From Lama guanicoe (Eukaryota), in contig MU054132.1 in NCBI GenBank assembly GCA_013239625.1, positions 62,001 to 126,000 of the forward strand: 64,000 nt of DNA. Direction: 5' to 3'. Position 1 is the first letter of the stretch. Each line of letters starts with the position of its first letter. The notes below the pieces were generated by a model that did no database searches, was not told the origin of the DNA, and was given only the letters and a program-made list of their open reading frames with translations. Shown in pieces: positions 25,905 through 39,328 of the stretch. A program made the translations under genes and the position numbers.

Positions 25905-26369
25905 ATGAATTCCATTCAACTCATTCTTTCAGACGATTACGTAAAATGTAATTTTCTAAGCATCAACTTTCTGCGGAACTATAGAAATATTAACCTCTTC
26001 AGGATCCAGTCTGGAAACTCAACACAAATAAAGCATGAGCCTCTTAGAGAAAACTTTATAGCCAAGGAGCCCCTCCTTAGGCAGCAAAAGAATGCCGAGA
26101 TTTTGCTTGGACCCTCAGTGCACTTGACAGAAGTTCCCTGGTTGCAAGAGGGCTCTGATTCCAATTCTCCGCTGGAGATCTGGCTTCCCGTGGTTAGAAT
26201 AGAATTACGAGAACAAGCCTCTCTAGATTTGTCTACACTGTCCACGGCCAAAGAGCATCTTCCAGAGAGAAAACACCTGGGAGAGGGGAGGGAGCCACGG
26301 GGTCACCCACTGCAACAGAAAGGACACCCGCACAGAATGTCCTCAGGCTTGGTCCCCTCCAGGGCCTAG
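25905..26369 (+). CDS. Candidate 154-aa ORF antisense within LRRC2 intron 1 (possible LRRC2-AS1-region orthologue)
   Basis: ATG-TAG ORF in sequence not recognisable as a repeat; preceded by gctaat, a pyrimidine tract and tag|c. Confidence 0.3.
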   Translation: MNSIQLILSDDYVKCNFLSINFLRNYRNINLFRIQSGNSTQIKHEPLRENFIAKEPLLRQQKNAEILLGPSVHLTEVPWLQEGSDSNSPLEIWLPVVRIELREQASLDLSTLSTAKEHLPERKHLGEGREPRGHPLQQKGHPHRMSSGLVPSRA

Positions 26370-27129
26370 TGTTCGAGGCCCTGAGTGTAAATGTCAACAA
26401 TCAGAAAATCTCAAAGGCTGGATTCACAATGGGAAAAAAATTCCTCCTGGGAAAACCTTTTGCTTTACTGCAAACTTTCTCATAAAGAGCAAAATAGCAA
26501 ATATTTTAGGTCTCAAAGACTGACAGACAAAATGGAAGATATTATGTAAGTACTTACATAACAAAAGAGAAAACCTCTAGCCTGCCCCTCCGTGCTCGCC
26601 TGGGGTGGGCCTGCCCGAGCGGTGGGCTTGGGTCCACTCTTCTGCCCAGCTGCCACCTCCTGCAGGCATTCTCAGGACAAGAGCGATCGGTCTGAGGGGG
26701 AAAGGCCTGGCAGGCCATGAGCACAGGGGCAGGGGGACCTGCTGCTGTCAGTTCTACTCTCTGCCTCAGTGACACCCAGATGCCTGCGTGTCCTCCCAGC
26801 CATCTCAAGTTGGGCAGCTGGCTGGAAGCTAGGCGACTTGCTAAGTCACCAACTCCTGAGCAGAGATTCCACTGCTTGGTGCCCGGCGGCTGCCAACAAT
26901 AATGTCTCCAATATGTGAAGGGCAACCGAGTGGACCTTGGGCAGCAGTGAAATACACCTGGCCAGGCAGATAGGTGCTGAGAGATGAGGGGGAATCAGGA
27001 GAGAGGGGGTTACTCCATGGCTCACGGTGGCAGCGGCAGCGTCCACTGTGATAACTGTGGGTTATTGTTTGCTAAGCCCAGCTTTCGTGAATAATCAAAT
27101 ATAAAACTTTTTGCTTTGGTGGATAAGTT

Positions 27130-27620
27130 GGCTTTAAATTATATGCACAAATTCTTGGACATTCTTTCCTTAAAAAGGTAGAGATTAATTCCTGTCTCCC
27201 GGAGCATAGGCTGGACTTAGCGACTCACTTATAACAAATACAACGTAGTGAAAGAGATGGCATGTGACCCCTGAGACTAGGTCCTACAAGGTACTCCTCT
27301 CTCCTGGAAAGTTAGCCACGATGCCATGCGGATGCTCAAGCAGCCCCTGTGGAGAAGCTTCATGATGAGAGAAACTGAGGCCTCCTGCCAACAGCCATGT
27401 GAGGGGAAGCTGCCTTCCAAGCAGGTCCTAGAGCCCCAGGCAAGCCTTCAGATGGCTGTAGCCCTGGCCAGAATCCCGACTTCATGAGAGACCCTAAGCC
27501 AGAACCATTCAGCTAAGCCACCCCAGGTTTCTGACCCTCAGAAACTGTGGGATAACAAATGTTTATCGTTTTAAGCTGTTAAGGACTGGGGTGATTTGTT
27601 ATGCAGCAATAACTAATAAA
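27130..27620 (+). mobile_element. MaLR (MLT1-type) LTR
   Basis: cagccatgtgag...gccttcagatg...cagaaactgtgggataacaaatgtttatcgttttaagc...tttgttatgcagcaata. Confidence 0.75.
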
Positions 27621-30459
27621 GTGGGCAGTACAGTAAAAGGTATTTGTAAAAATTAACCTTAATTTCTAGTGACATCTGGAGTCTACCTCCAGCTGCTTCC
27701 TTGACATACCCACTTGGATATCTCACACTTGTCTCAAAAGAAACATGGTTCCCTCCAAACTTACTCATTTAGAATCTATCCATCCCAGGCTGCCTCAATT
27801 CCCCATCTGGAGAACGACTCCATATTTATCTGGAGGTCACTTCCTTATGCTTTGTTTGCTCAGCCTGACCACCCCCTGCACAGACACACACACACACACA
27901 CGCTCATCCACACATATGATTTATCCCCTGCGTCTCAGAGGGCACGTGTTTCTCACCACCAATTAGTGCCACATCTGGCCTCAGTTGTGCAAAAGCCTCA
28001 CAGCTGTTCTCCAGACTTCTCACTCACCCACGTCCCATCCATTTGCTACACAATAATGACCCCCATCTTCCAACCAGAACTAGATCACACTGCCACTTGG
28101 CCCAGGTCCTCCAGAGCCTTCTCTTTGGAATGAGAGGGAGATCCCAGCTCCTCACCTTCAGCCAGCCTCTCCCACTTGCCCCCACCGCTCTCGTCCTCAG
28201 AGCCCGTTCGCCCCCGGCTTCTGCCCACCTCAGACTCAGCTCCCTCTGCCTGGAGGCTCTCCCCTGACTCATGTGGCTTCCCCCTCACATTCCCTGGACT
28301 CAGCCTCAGCGTTCGCTCCTCAGAGTGGCCTCCCCAGCCTCTTCATCTAAGGTAGGGCCCTCTCTTACTCCCTCTCTCAGACTCGCTTATTTGCTTCATA
28401 TCACAACACATAACACAAGCCGAACCATCTGACCATTTGTTTAATTTTACTTTATCTGTCCATGGACCAAGCCACAGGAACAGCCACCTGAGGGGCCCCC
28501 TGACCTAGGCTCAGAGCCTGGCCCCTCAAGTCAGCCACACCATCACCCAGTCACCCAGGAACTGGAGGGGCTGCGGGGGCTACAGATGCCAGGCTCCCGC
28601 TTCTGAACCTCAACACAGAAACCCAGGGTGCAGAGCCAGTTTCCCTGGTGTGTGTTTCTGTTCTTTGATTCCTGGGAACCCTAAATAACTGACATTTAGG
28701 GATACTCATTAAATGTCGAAAGACGAACGCCCTTGCCTCTGGGCTCTCGATCTGGCGGGGAGAGCAGATGCTTGAAAGGATACGTTTCAGTGCAGCGTGT
28801 GGAACTGACAGCAGAGGCAGAGGAGAAGGGACGCCCTCAGGTGTGTGTTGAGGGTGGGGTTGGGGATAATCCCACAGGGACCCCCAGGAAGGGGAAAGGA
28901 CTATCAGCTCAGGTTTGGTTAAATATTTTTCCACGCTCCCTCCCCAAGCCAGGTATATCAGAATCACTTTACAGAACCCTCTGCTACCCGAGCCAGAGGG
29001 CATGACTGGAAAAACATGTCCTCTGGCACCAGAACACTAGTCTCACTTAGAAACATATGCCAGGGTTCCAGGTGGGAGGGGGGACTTTCCGGTCACCTAG
29101 TCTTCTCACTTCTTGTCAAGTGACAGTTTGGACTGGAGGGGGGCAGAGGGCTGGGTACAGGGCTAACATCTCAAAGAGTCTAAGGTGGGAAGGATCTGGG
29201 GGAGTCTGGGAGGAGAACCAACAAAGTCCACAGGACACATGCCAAGCTGTTCCTAAATGCTCCCTCTGCGAGGCAGGGAGAAGGATGGGGTTGGAGGTGG
29301 GGTGGGGAGGGGAGAAGGGCAGGAGCTGATGCCAGAGGGTCACCTGGACCAGACATGGGGAGAGAGGCTTGGCTCCCCTCCTCCCCACCGGCCCCTCAGA
29401 GCCCTCCAGATCCCTCTTTCCCTTGGACTGATCAGCCCCAGGCCCTCCACAGCATTCTTGCAGGTGTATCTGCCAGGTGCAGAGACACCTACCATCAGCC
29501 TTGCTGGATCCAAGAGACTGACTGTAACCCATGGGAACTTCTGGAGACAGCAAAGGACGTGGGGGCAATAATAAGGGGCTTTAGTGGCCCACAAATTCCA
29601 TTCTAACCTCACATATGGCCACTGCCTGGACCCCGCAGTTGGAAGACAGTGAGTTTTCTGATAGGAACAGTGGAGTAAATAGGAGTTAAATATTTAAGTG
29701 AGGTCAGTCTCAACAGTCACAATATTTCAGCCAAATTTAAATTAAATTACATTTTATATCAGCTGATCAGTTTCCTTGGGGACACTCATTATTTTTATGG
29801 TAATTTGTTAAGTTAGAAAAATCTGTCCAGGGGAGGCAGCTGCTACAGATAGGATTAAGAGGACAGTCTCAGAGTCAGCCTGCTGGGATGGAGTCCTGCC
29901 TCCTCCTCTTACTACTGTGTGTCGCTGAGATGGCTACCTAACCTCTCTGAACCTCCGTGTTCTCATCCGGACAGGATGTAACAGCGGTGGCGAGCTCAGG
30001 ATTAGTGGGACGATCACGTGTAATAACGTGTCATGTTCGTAAGACCTGGCACCTACTGAAGCTCAAAAAATGTGTTATGCTAAGAAAAAAAAAAAGAGAG
30101 ATTAAGACATTGTCCCTAAGGAAATGTTAGATAAGAAGAAGAGGTACATGAGCATCTGGGGATTTTTCTCTACCAGGCATGGTTACAGAGGTTCCTTAGA
30201 AGAACACCCAGCCCCTGAGTTATGGGAGAGGATTTGGTCCATCAGAAGGGCCACCAGCACTGTGGAACTGCTTACAAAGCCAAACAATTCTCCTCTGGGT
30301 CTCCAGTCACTTTCCCACCCTCACCTCCAAGCCTCTCCAGGAGTGCAGACTTCCCCTGCCAGATATCAATCATCCCTTTCAGGGCACTGAAGAAGCACAA
30401 ACAAAGTTGATTTATCTCCCCTGGACAGCACTTTGGACTAGAAAGTTTTGAACTCAGCC

Positions 30460-31100
30460 TTGGGCACCGGGACAGCCCGCAGGGAGCAACCCACTAAACG
30501 GGAGCGGGAGGATGGGACCCTGCGGCAGCAGCAGCGGCCGCCGCAGCTCGGACCTGCTGCGCACGGGCCCTCCTTCCCCATTCAATTCCAGTCCCCGCCC
30601 GAAAATGCAGATAGGTGAGTAATCCTCAGCTCAAGCTGGTTGGGGAGGTTCACCCCCGCGTGCCTCGGCCCAGCGGGGACAGACATAAACAAGGCGGCAC
30701 TGTCCGCCACCCTCGCCTTCCCGGCAATCCCCCCAGCGCCAGTTTCAGGAGCCGCAGCGCCCTCGCCGCCCACGCCCTCCCCGAGGGCCACCTACCTGTG
30801 ACTGAACTGCAAGCCCCGAGCCCCTGCCCGCTGCCGCCCGACTGGAATCCGGGCTACGAAGCCTGTTTACACCCCAGCAGCCACACACTGGGGCCGGAAG
30901 CGCTCCAACTACCCGAGCCTCCCTGCCGGTGCGCTAACGGGCTATATTTGTAAGCTGATAATATGATCTGCAGGACATGTGCTGATAAACGGTCTATCTA
31001 TTCTATGTGACTCAGCCCGGCATGAGACAAAACAGACTTGGGAGCGGAGGGCTTGGCACAGAGCAAACGGCGAGCCAGCCAATCTGAGCCCTCTAACCCT
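30460..31100 (-). promoter_or_regulatory. LRRC2: CpG-rich putative LRRC2 promoter and non-coding exon 1 (exon end about 30796)
   Basis: High GC/CpG density; minus-strand donor CAG|GTAGGT at 30795; upstream GATA motifs (30956, 30983, 30994), GTGACTCAGC (31007-31016), CCAAT (31079). Confidence 0.6.
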
Positions 31101-31904
31101 GGATTATCTGCACCTCCCCACAGACGGCGGGGCCTTTTGACATTGGAAATCCTCAAGTGTGTTAAATAAAACAAGCCAGAGAAGGCAAAGTGTTCTGTGT
31201 CCTTAGCCCACGAAGTTAGGAACCAAACAAAACGCAGGGTAGGAAAGCCATATGACCAAGGGAATGTAAATTTTCCCCCAGTATTCGAAGCAACAGTTGT
31301 CCAAAGTATTGATTTCATCCTTACATTTTTTTCTTTTTAATTTCCTAAAACATACGGGAGTTTAGGTTCCCTTTAGAGATTTTACTAACTGGGCAAATAC
31401 GTTTTTCTGATATCCAACACTGGGACAATATGACAGTTAATAATCAGTAACCATGTCCACACTACCCCTCAGTGCCCCCTCATGGCAATAGTTCCTCCCA
31501 TACCTTCCTATTAGAACAGAAAAACTCTTTTTGTCTAATATACACCAAGTTAGTAGAGCTCAAATAAATCTCTGACGGGGTGCTTTTTATTACTTAGGAT
31601 AGAATTTTTATATTATGTTTCTCTTTTGATACATAATTTAGTAGTTAATGTTTAGTTTGCATTTTGTTTTTTTTCTGTATCCTGAGCCAAACAATACATT
31701 GAAAAAGCAGTTTCAGTTCAGATTCCACTTAAATACTATTTCAATTTATGAGAGCTAAATATTCAAAAGCTTAATCATATTTAAGTGGAAAATATCTTTT
31801 TCCTCACAAATGCATTCAAAATACAATGGGATGCTTTATGAGGCTGGTCTTAGAGGAACGGGCCATTGTGTAGTCCAGACTCCTCAGACTAGAATGTGCA
31901 CTCA

Positions 31905-32420
31905 AACGGGACTGAGAAATTTTGCAAATAAAAATAACCTTCAGTTACATTTGAATTTCAGATGAATAAATAATTTTAATACAAGTGTGTCTCAACTATT
32001 ACATGAATCATAACTATATTAAGAATTTCATTGTTTATCTGAAATTTAAATATAAGTGAGTGACCTGTATTTTTATCTGGCAACCCTCTACCCAAACCAC
32101 TCGGGATCTTAATATGATGCTGGGCCTGATGTAAGAGGCCAGAGGCGGGCTGAGAGTCTGTTATCACCAACAAGTTCAAAGTGATGCCAAAGCTGCTGGT
32201 CCAGAGACCACATCATGAGCAGCAAGGATGTAGAATTAGCATCATCTGGTGCAGTGGTACCCAGGACTGGCTCCTCACTGGCATGACCTGGGTGGACCCC
32301 TCTGCCCCTCGGCAGTTCTGACTCCGTAAGTCTAAGGTAGGGTGGAAGGGACATTCAGGGGTCAATATTTTCAGCATGCTCTACAGTTGCTTCTGATCCA
32401 CATTCAGAGATGTGGACCAG
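31905..32420. mobile_element. hAT-Charlie fossils (MER33- and MER5-like)
   Basis: cagttacatttgaatttcaga / tctgaaatttaaat and atctggcaacccta terminus, followed by MER5-like motifs. Confidence 0.65.
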
Positions 32421-33264
32421 GAAGTATTTTAAGATACAGAATGTACCATGTTCATGCAAGGAATTACTATTATTGTATTAAATTCATCGCTAGGCTAAGT
32501 GTGTCCAGAAAGATCTTCCAGTTTCTGAGCTACCAAGGGGCAGTGAATAGGATTGTGCCCTGTCTTCTATTTCCAGGGTCCCCTTAAAGCTAGAAGGACC
32601 CTAGTTCCTGCACAGCCTTAGTGTTACCAACCCCATCCAGCTTCTCAGAGCTCAACAATTCTTTATGCAATTTGGCTCCAGCTGGGCCTGTAGCCTCTCA
32701 TGAAATGCAATCCACAGACCACACGCTTTACATCTGCCTCTTGTCCAAAGGGGTTCCACACACAGGCTCCCCCAGACATCCACAGGGGACCAAATGCTTT
32801 CTGACAGCCACTGTGAGTCCAGGACTCCTGTTGGAACATTGAGTTACATGCACCACGAAGCTTTCTGCCACGTAAATCCCTGGTCTCATCAGCCAGTTGC
32901 TCCTGTTTCATGCCATAATTATAGAAGAACGAAAAAACCCGAAATTTTATAAACTGTTTCATTCGACTTCAATAACCATTACTCAGTGTTTCCCATCGAA
33001 GTGGGAGCAAGTGGTGAAAACTCCTGACTCACCCCTTCACATTTCCTGGCTGAAAGTCCCAAGCACCACACCCTCAGTTGAGGGGGGCTGCACTGGCCCT
33101 CATATTATATTAACTTATAGTAACTACATGATCAAATGATAGTATTTGGGATAGTCTGGGTTAAATTAAAACACATTATGAAAGTTAATTTCACCTGATT
33201 CTCTCTACTTTGTTAATGTGGCCACACATGAGGCTGGCATAGTTTTGGGCTGCACTCCCCAAGT

Positions 33265-33333
33265 CATGGAGTCTAGACTTGGAGTCTAGACTTGGATGGA
33301 GTCTAGATTTGTCATCCAAGTCTAGACTCCATG
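33265..33333. repeat. Direct plus inverted micro-array of the palindrome AGTCTAGACT
   Basis: Four TCTAGA cores; perfect 19-bp inverted repeats. Confidence 0.9.
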
Positions 33334-33899
33334 GGCAATCCTGACAGCTGCTCCCCTCACCACCAAGACGGGCCACTAGGAACACTAAGAACCCACGATC
33401 AGAGCAGAACTCTGCACCCTTCCTTCTATGACATGTTTATCTAGTTTTTCTCTAGAGGAAGCCAAACCTCTTCACAAATAGAACTTTTTGCAACTGGAAG
33501 AGGCTGGAACTCAGATCTGTGCCAACTCCATCGCTGTGAGCAATGCCATTTGTATCCTGCAAGCTAATGACACATCTGGTCCACAGGCAGTCTTGACACG
33601 ATGCTGACCAGCGCCTCCTGGAGTATGAGTTCACAGATGGGTGGGCTCTATTAGGAAACCCAGGGATGTTTTGGTCATTCCCATTCAGCCAAACTGTAAT
33701 TATCAAGAATACCAATCCTAAAATTCCCATTGGAAACTTTTCATGTTTAGTGATACAATTGTGGATGGAAAGCTATTTTTGTTTTCAAGTTATGGTACAA
33801 CCCTTGTAAGATTAAAATGAAGCGTGCACACACAAAGTCAAAACAAAACAACCCCCCCAACACACACACAAATAATAGCTAACATGCCATTTTTTTTTT

Positions 33900-36530
33900 A
33901 AAAAAGGCTGGCAAAACTATAATGAGATCACACAAAGTACAGTTTAAAGAATATGTGCTAGAAATAAGCCTATTTCATACTAAAAAAACAATCTGGAAGC
34001 CATCAGGAAGATATAATAGTTCTAAATTTGTAAGAAGCTAATGATATCGTCTACATACATATAAAATGAAACTTCAAAAACTAAAAGAGAAAATGGACAA
34101 ATCCACAGTGGGGTATTTTGACAACTTCTTTCAGTAAATGAAAGAAGACAAACAAAAAATTAGTAAAGGTATAGAATAAGTTCACATGAAATTGATACAA
34201 TTAACCAAATATATATAAATAGAACACTGAACCCGAGAACAGCATAGCACAATTATTTTAAAGGACGATTTTTTAACTGAGTATATGCTGGGTCATAAAA
34301 CAAGTCTCAACAAACTTTAAAGGATTGAAATCATACAAACTGTGGTTTCCGACCACAGAACAATTAAGCTGGAAGTCAATTTAAAAATTAATGACAAAAT
34401 ATCCATTTAGTATAAATTGATAATGTGTGGATCAAGGAAGAAATCACAATGGAAATGAGAAAACACTTTATAATTAACGGAAATGAAAATTAACTAATGC
34501 TATGCTGGTACAAACCTTACTTGCAAATAGTAGAAAAGAATAAATCTAGAGTCATAAATGAGTCTGAAAAATCAGTGACTAGGGGAGGGTGTAGCTCAGT
34601 GGTAGAGGGTGTCCTTAGCATGCACAAGGTTCTGGATTCAATCCCCAATAACTCCATTAAAAAAAAGAAAGAAAGAAAAAGAAAATCAGTGCTCCGAGCT
34701 TTCAAGTAATTCAAACAAACAAACAAAAAACCAGAAGAAATCCAAAAGAAGTAGAAGTTAGAAAACAATAAAGTGCAATGGATAATGAGGTTTAAAAATA
34801 AGCATACAGTGGAAAGGATCCACAAAGGCAGAGTTGTTTCTTTTAAAATAGAGATAACAAAAATTACAAACATTTAAAACAAAAAGGAGCCATCATGACA
34901 GATCCTGCATACATTGAAAAGTCCTGAGATAACGTTATTAACGTCTTTATGCCTTAAAAATTTGAAAATGTGGTTAAGTGGACAAATTGCTAATAAAAAA
35001 TAACACACCTAAACTGACAGGATGAATGGAAAATGTGAACATTGTTACAATTTATGAAAAAAAAGAATTCATAATTAAAATTCATCCCACTCCTCCCCAA
35101 CAAAGCCAGGCCCAGATGGCTTCAGTGATGGATTCTACCAGAGAGTTTGTGAAGAAATGACCCAACACAACACCAGCTCTTTCATCTAACAGAAAAAGGG
35201 AACAAATGCAAACTTATTTTGTGAGGTAGAGATAACCTTGAAACTAAAATGTGCCGAAGACATTCAAATGAACGCAAAGTTACAGGCCAGTCTCAATCAC
35301 AAACGTGCATGCAAAACAGCAGAAAGCTGAATCCAGAAAAATATAAAATGTGCCCACACAGAAGACCACGGGAGGACGGAGCAAGAAGGTGGCCATCTGC
35401 GAGCCAAGGAGAGAGGCCTCAGAAGAAAGCAAATCTGGTGATACCTTGATCTTGGACTTCCAATCTCCAGAACTGTGAGAAAGTAAATTTCTGTTTTTTA
35501 AGCCACCCAGTCTGTGGTATTTGTTATGGCAGCCCTTGCAAATCAATATAATAAATAAATTTCCTAAAGGTACTGGATACAAGATCAATATAAAAATCAG
35601 CACCACAAAATTGGAAGTAAAAGATACCATTTACTTTAACATTAAAAAAAATAAATATTTAGGAATAATCCCCCCAAATTTGTTTTATATAGAGGTATAC
35701 TACCTCTATATAAAAATACTAGAAGAAATAAAACAACACCTAAACAAATCTCATGGACTGGAAGGTTCAATATGATACAGATAGTAATTCTAAAGAACCA
35801 ATGGACTCTAATCAAAATTCTAGCAGAAGTTTTTGGAAATTTAGAAAATGGTTTAAAAATTATATGGAAATGTAAAAAGTCAAGAATAGTCAATATAATC
35901 TTGAATATGAAGAACAAAGGGAGAGGACTTATCATGCCAAATATCAAGGACTTTTATAAAATACAAAGTACAGTACTGAATACAGAATGGTATTGGTATA
36001 AGAAGAGACAAACTGACCAACCAAACAGAAAAAAGCATTTGGAAAAAAAAAAACACAAAACACTCACACGAACATATGAACATTCCTGACGAAATGGCAT
36101 GGTGGAGCAGTAATGCAGGAATGATCTTTTCAATGAGTGGTGCTGAATCTTTGTATAAATTCAATGCATTGGAATACTATATTGCAATGAATATGAGCAA
36201 ACTTCTACAACAACATGGATGACTCTCAACAACATAAAGCTGAGCAAAAAGAAGTAGACCCACACACACACTGATAATTATATGAAGTTCAAAACCGTGG
36301 AAAACCAACCTGTGGGATTAAAAATCAGAAAAGGAAAAGCTCTGGGGTAGAGGGAGTGGGCAGTGATTGTGGAATAGCAGAAGGTAGACTTTCTGGGATG
36401 CCAGGAATATTCTTTTTCTTGACCTGGATCATGGTTCCATGGTACTCACTTTGGGATAATTTATTAACCTGTAAACCATATTATTTGTACACTTTTATGA
36501 ATGCACAATATACTTCAATTAAAAAGTTTT
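33900..36530 (+). mobile_element. Degraded ancient L1 (ORF2 to 3' end) with a nested SINE and an MLT1 fragment (about 35353-35550)
   Basis: A-rich with ORF2-like remnants (ggtcataaaacaagtctcaacaaa, caggcccagatggcttc; translation KIIWKCK, WYWYKKRQTDQ). Confidence 0.8.
34582..34680 (+). mobile_element. tRNA-derived SINE (Vic-1-like)
   Basis: ggggagggtgtagctcagtggtagag...gattcaatcccc, A-tail, TSD-like gaaaatcagtg. Confidence 0.9.
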
Positions 36531-39328
36531 GAAGTGTTTGTATTCAGTTTATACTGCCGTGTAACAAATTCTCACAAACTTAGTGGCTTAATACAACACC
36601 ATTTTTATCTCATAGTTCCCTTAGGTCAGAAGTCCATCCTGGCTCAACTGAGCTTCCAGAGTTGGGGGCACTTCGAAGTGCCCAGGGTCATTTGCATACA
36701 GGAAATCTTCTCCCTGGAGCACTTTAACCCATTTCTCTTACAGCTTGGGTTTTGCACTTTGGCCTCCCTCCGTCCCTCCACATGCATTTATTTCATCCAT
36801 TTCAAAACCATTAAGAGCTGTGAAGAATGACTGAATGCAATCAGATACAAAATCCACTTAAGAAGCACTTTTAAATGAGATCCTCCAGGTCTTGTGAAAC
36901 CAAGTGAGACCCCAGCTTTCCTTCCCAGGTCTCACTCTCAGGAGTCTGCTCATCCACCTGTCTGCCCAAGGAGGGGGGAGCACTGACCTTGACCTGGTCA
37001 GCGGGCCATCAGGAAGTGACTGTTCCCTCCCTATCAGCAGTTTTTGATAACACTAAAATGTCACTTGGCATAGATTACTGGGCTTGTCCTATCTGGGGGG
37101 AAGAGGGGAGGGAACAGGAGTCCAATCTTAGAGATCTCTGTCTCCCACAGTATGCTCAGCACAGAGTAAATTTGATTGGAAGGAGAAAAATTGGGGTGAG
37201 CATTCTAAACCTCAGCCACGCCTAAAAGTCTCAATCAGAATTCCCCTACCCTAACATGGTTCCCAGTAAATGCAGCAAGACTGTCTTGTCTTGTACTTGA
37301 TGGACTCTCCTGAACAAACTGTCCAGAATTCAGCGCTGCTTGGGGTACTTGAAATTCACTTTTTCTTTCCCCGTTGGAGGGAGAGAATATTCTTTGTTGT
37401 ATTTCGTGGCTCAGGCTAGGGGGCGCTATTTGCTTTCCTTTGGAGCTTCTTGAAGACCTTGCCCTTGCCTGCCCCACCCTCCCTTTTAGAAAGTAAGGCT
37501 GAAACTTAATGTTTACTCAGTCACACATGCAGCAGATGGAATAAGATTCAGCCAAAAGGAAACCAGCACAGACAGACACTGCACTGGGGAAGCTGAGATT
37601 TCAGGAAGACCAGGTTTATGGATCTCCTAATCTGGGGGATAAGGCATGGGCGGAGGGCTGGTGAAAGACAACAAAACCAGCAGTTTACAACACTGTTGAC
37701 AAAATGAGGGAAACTCCAGTTCAAGTTCCTTCTAAGAACTACCTGTCAGCTCATAGAAGAAGAAATACAGGCATCCAATACACCTACGAAACAATGCAAA
37801 TCCAAACAACCACGGGATACTATTTCACAAATAGAATTAGCAAAAAGTAAGATGCTTGCTGCAGCCAGCTGGTAAGGACCCAGGTGATGAGCAGGGAACG
37901 GAGGAGAAGGGAAGGAGGGGAGACTGGTGCAGACTTCTTGGAAAATAATCTGGAAAATATCCACCCTTTAACCAAGCAATCCCAGTGCTAGAAATTTACC
38001 GGCTAGGTATGTTCCCAAGCACTCACCACGACAGACATACAACCGAGTCCACTGCAAAATGCAGCAACACACCAAGTGTTTCTTGATAAGATAATTAATG
38101 CTATGCCTATGTAGGAATTCATACGATATAGCCCTCCATACACACACAAATGGAGTCCTCTCCTAAGCTCTTCTGCGTCCCTCTTACCCAGTTTCTGTAA
38201 CAGTATGGCTCTGAGCAGTCTTCCCACTGAGACTGCAGATTTTTTGAGAGCAAGAATCTATTCTTCTAAACCCTGCACAGAGGTCGGTAGCAAACACAAA
38301 ATAGGTTTCCAGTGGCTGTTAAGTTTACCAGTAAAAACAGAAACCAGTAACTTGCCGATGAATGCATGGCCCCACCTCTGCCAGAGTGCTGCTCAGGTTT
38401 TATCAGCAGCTTTTGGGCACTGAGCTTGGTGGGATCAAAGGCCCCGCAGCTGGAAGGGTTCCCCGGCCTGGCTCACCTCTCCCCCTCATGCCTGAATGTT
38501 GAGGGGACACGGAAGAGATAAGACACAATGTGTCCCTACGAGTCCTAGGATAGAAGTTGGCTTTAACCTTAAAACCTCATCTTTGCGCTGCAGAAATGGC
38601 TGTTCTTTTTTATCAACTATTTAATTGGAGTTTCATTCTAAATGGTCTCAACCACAGAAATGTTTGAATTGTTTTTTTAAAGCTAAAATCGATCCTATCT
38701 CCATATATGTTTTCTTCCTTGCAGTTGAGACAGACCCTGGAAGTTTCTCTTTTGATTTTGATGTTATGTTGGCTGGATGGTTTTAAGTCAGATTCTTATT
38801 TGTATGATTTTAAACACACAACCCTGTCTTTCTTGCCCCAATTTTTAACACAGGACAGCTCAGAGTGTCGTCAAACCCAAGATTCCTGAGACTGACTGAT
38901 GCACATTTCATTCTGTTTGGCCGCACTGGGCCTCAGGCACACCAGCTTGGGCTGGACAAGAGGGCGCTACTGAACCACCCTGAGACCAAGAGCATTTGTC
39001 AGTACCCTTCATCAGGGAGGCGATGCGCTGCCAGAGACCGGGAGTCTTCTAATCCGAGGCCCAGCCCTCCTTGGGTCCCTAACATGGCATGGTGGCATTC
39101 ACGGCCCCGAGTCTGGGTGGCCATTTTCGGCAGTGAGCCAGCAGTGGTATCCAGTGGCCGTCCCAGAGTCGCCAATCAACTTCCCCACCCAGGGGCAGCA
39201 GCACAGCCACAACCATTGATGACTGTCCTTTCTCCCCCACTACGCGGTGGGGTCGCCTGTCACCACTATGTTCCCATAGCCCAGCCCTTGACTGGCAACA
39301 TAGTAGATGCGTTAAATACTTGTTGAAT

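Noticed and set aside
33265..33333. Short repeats suggestive of a CRISPR-like array
   Set aside because: Mammalian DNA, no unique spacers of regular length, no cas genes
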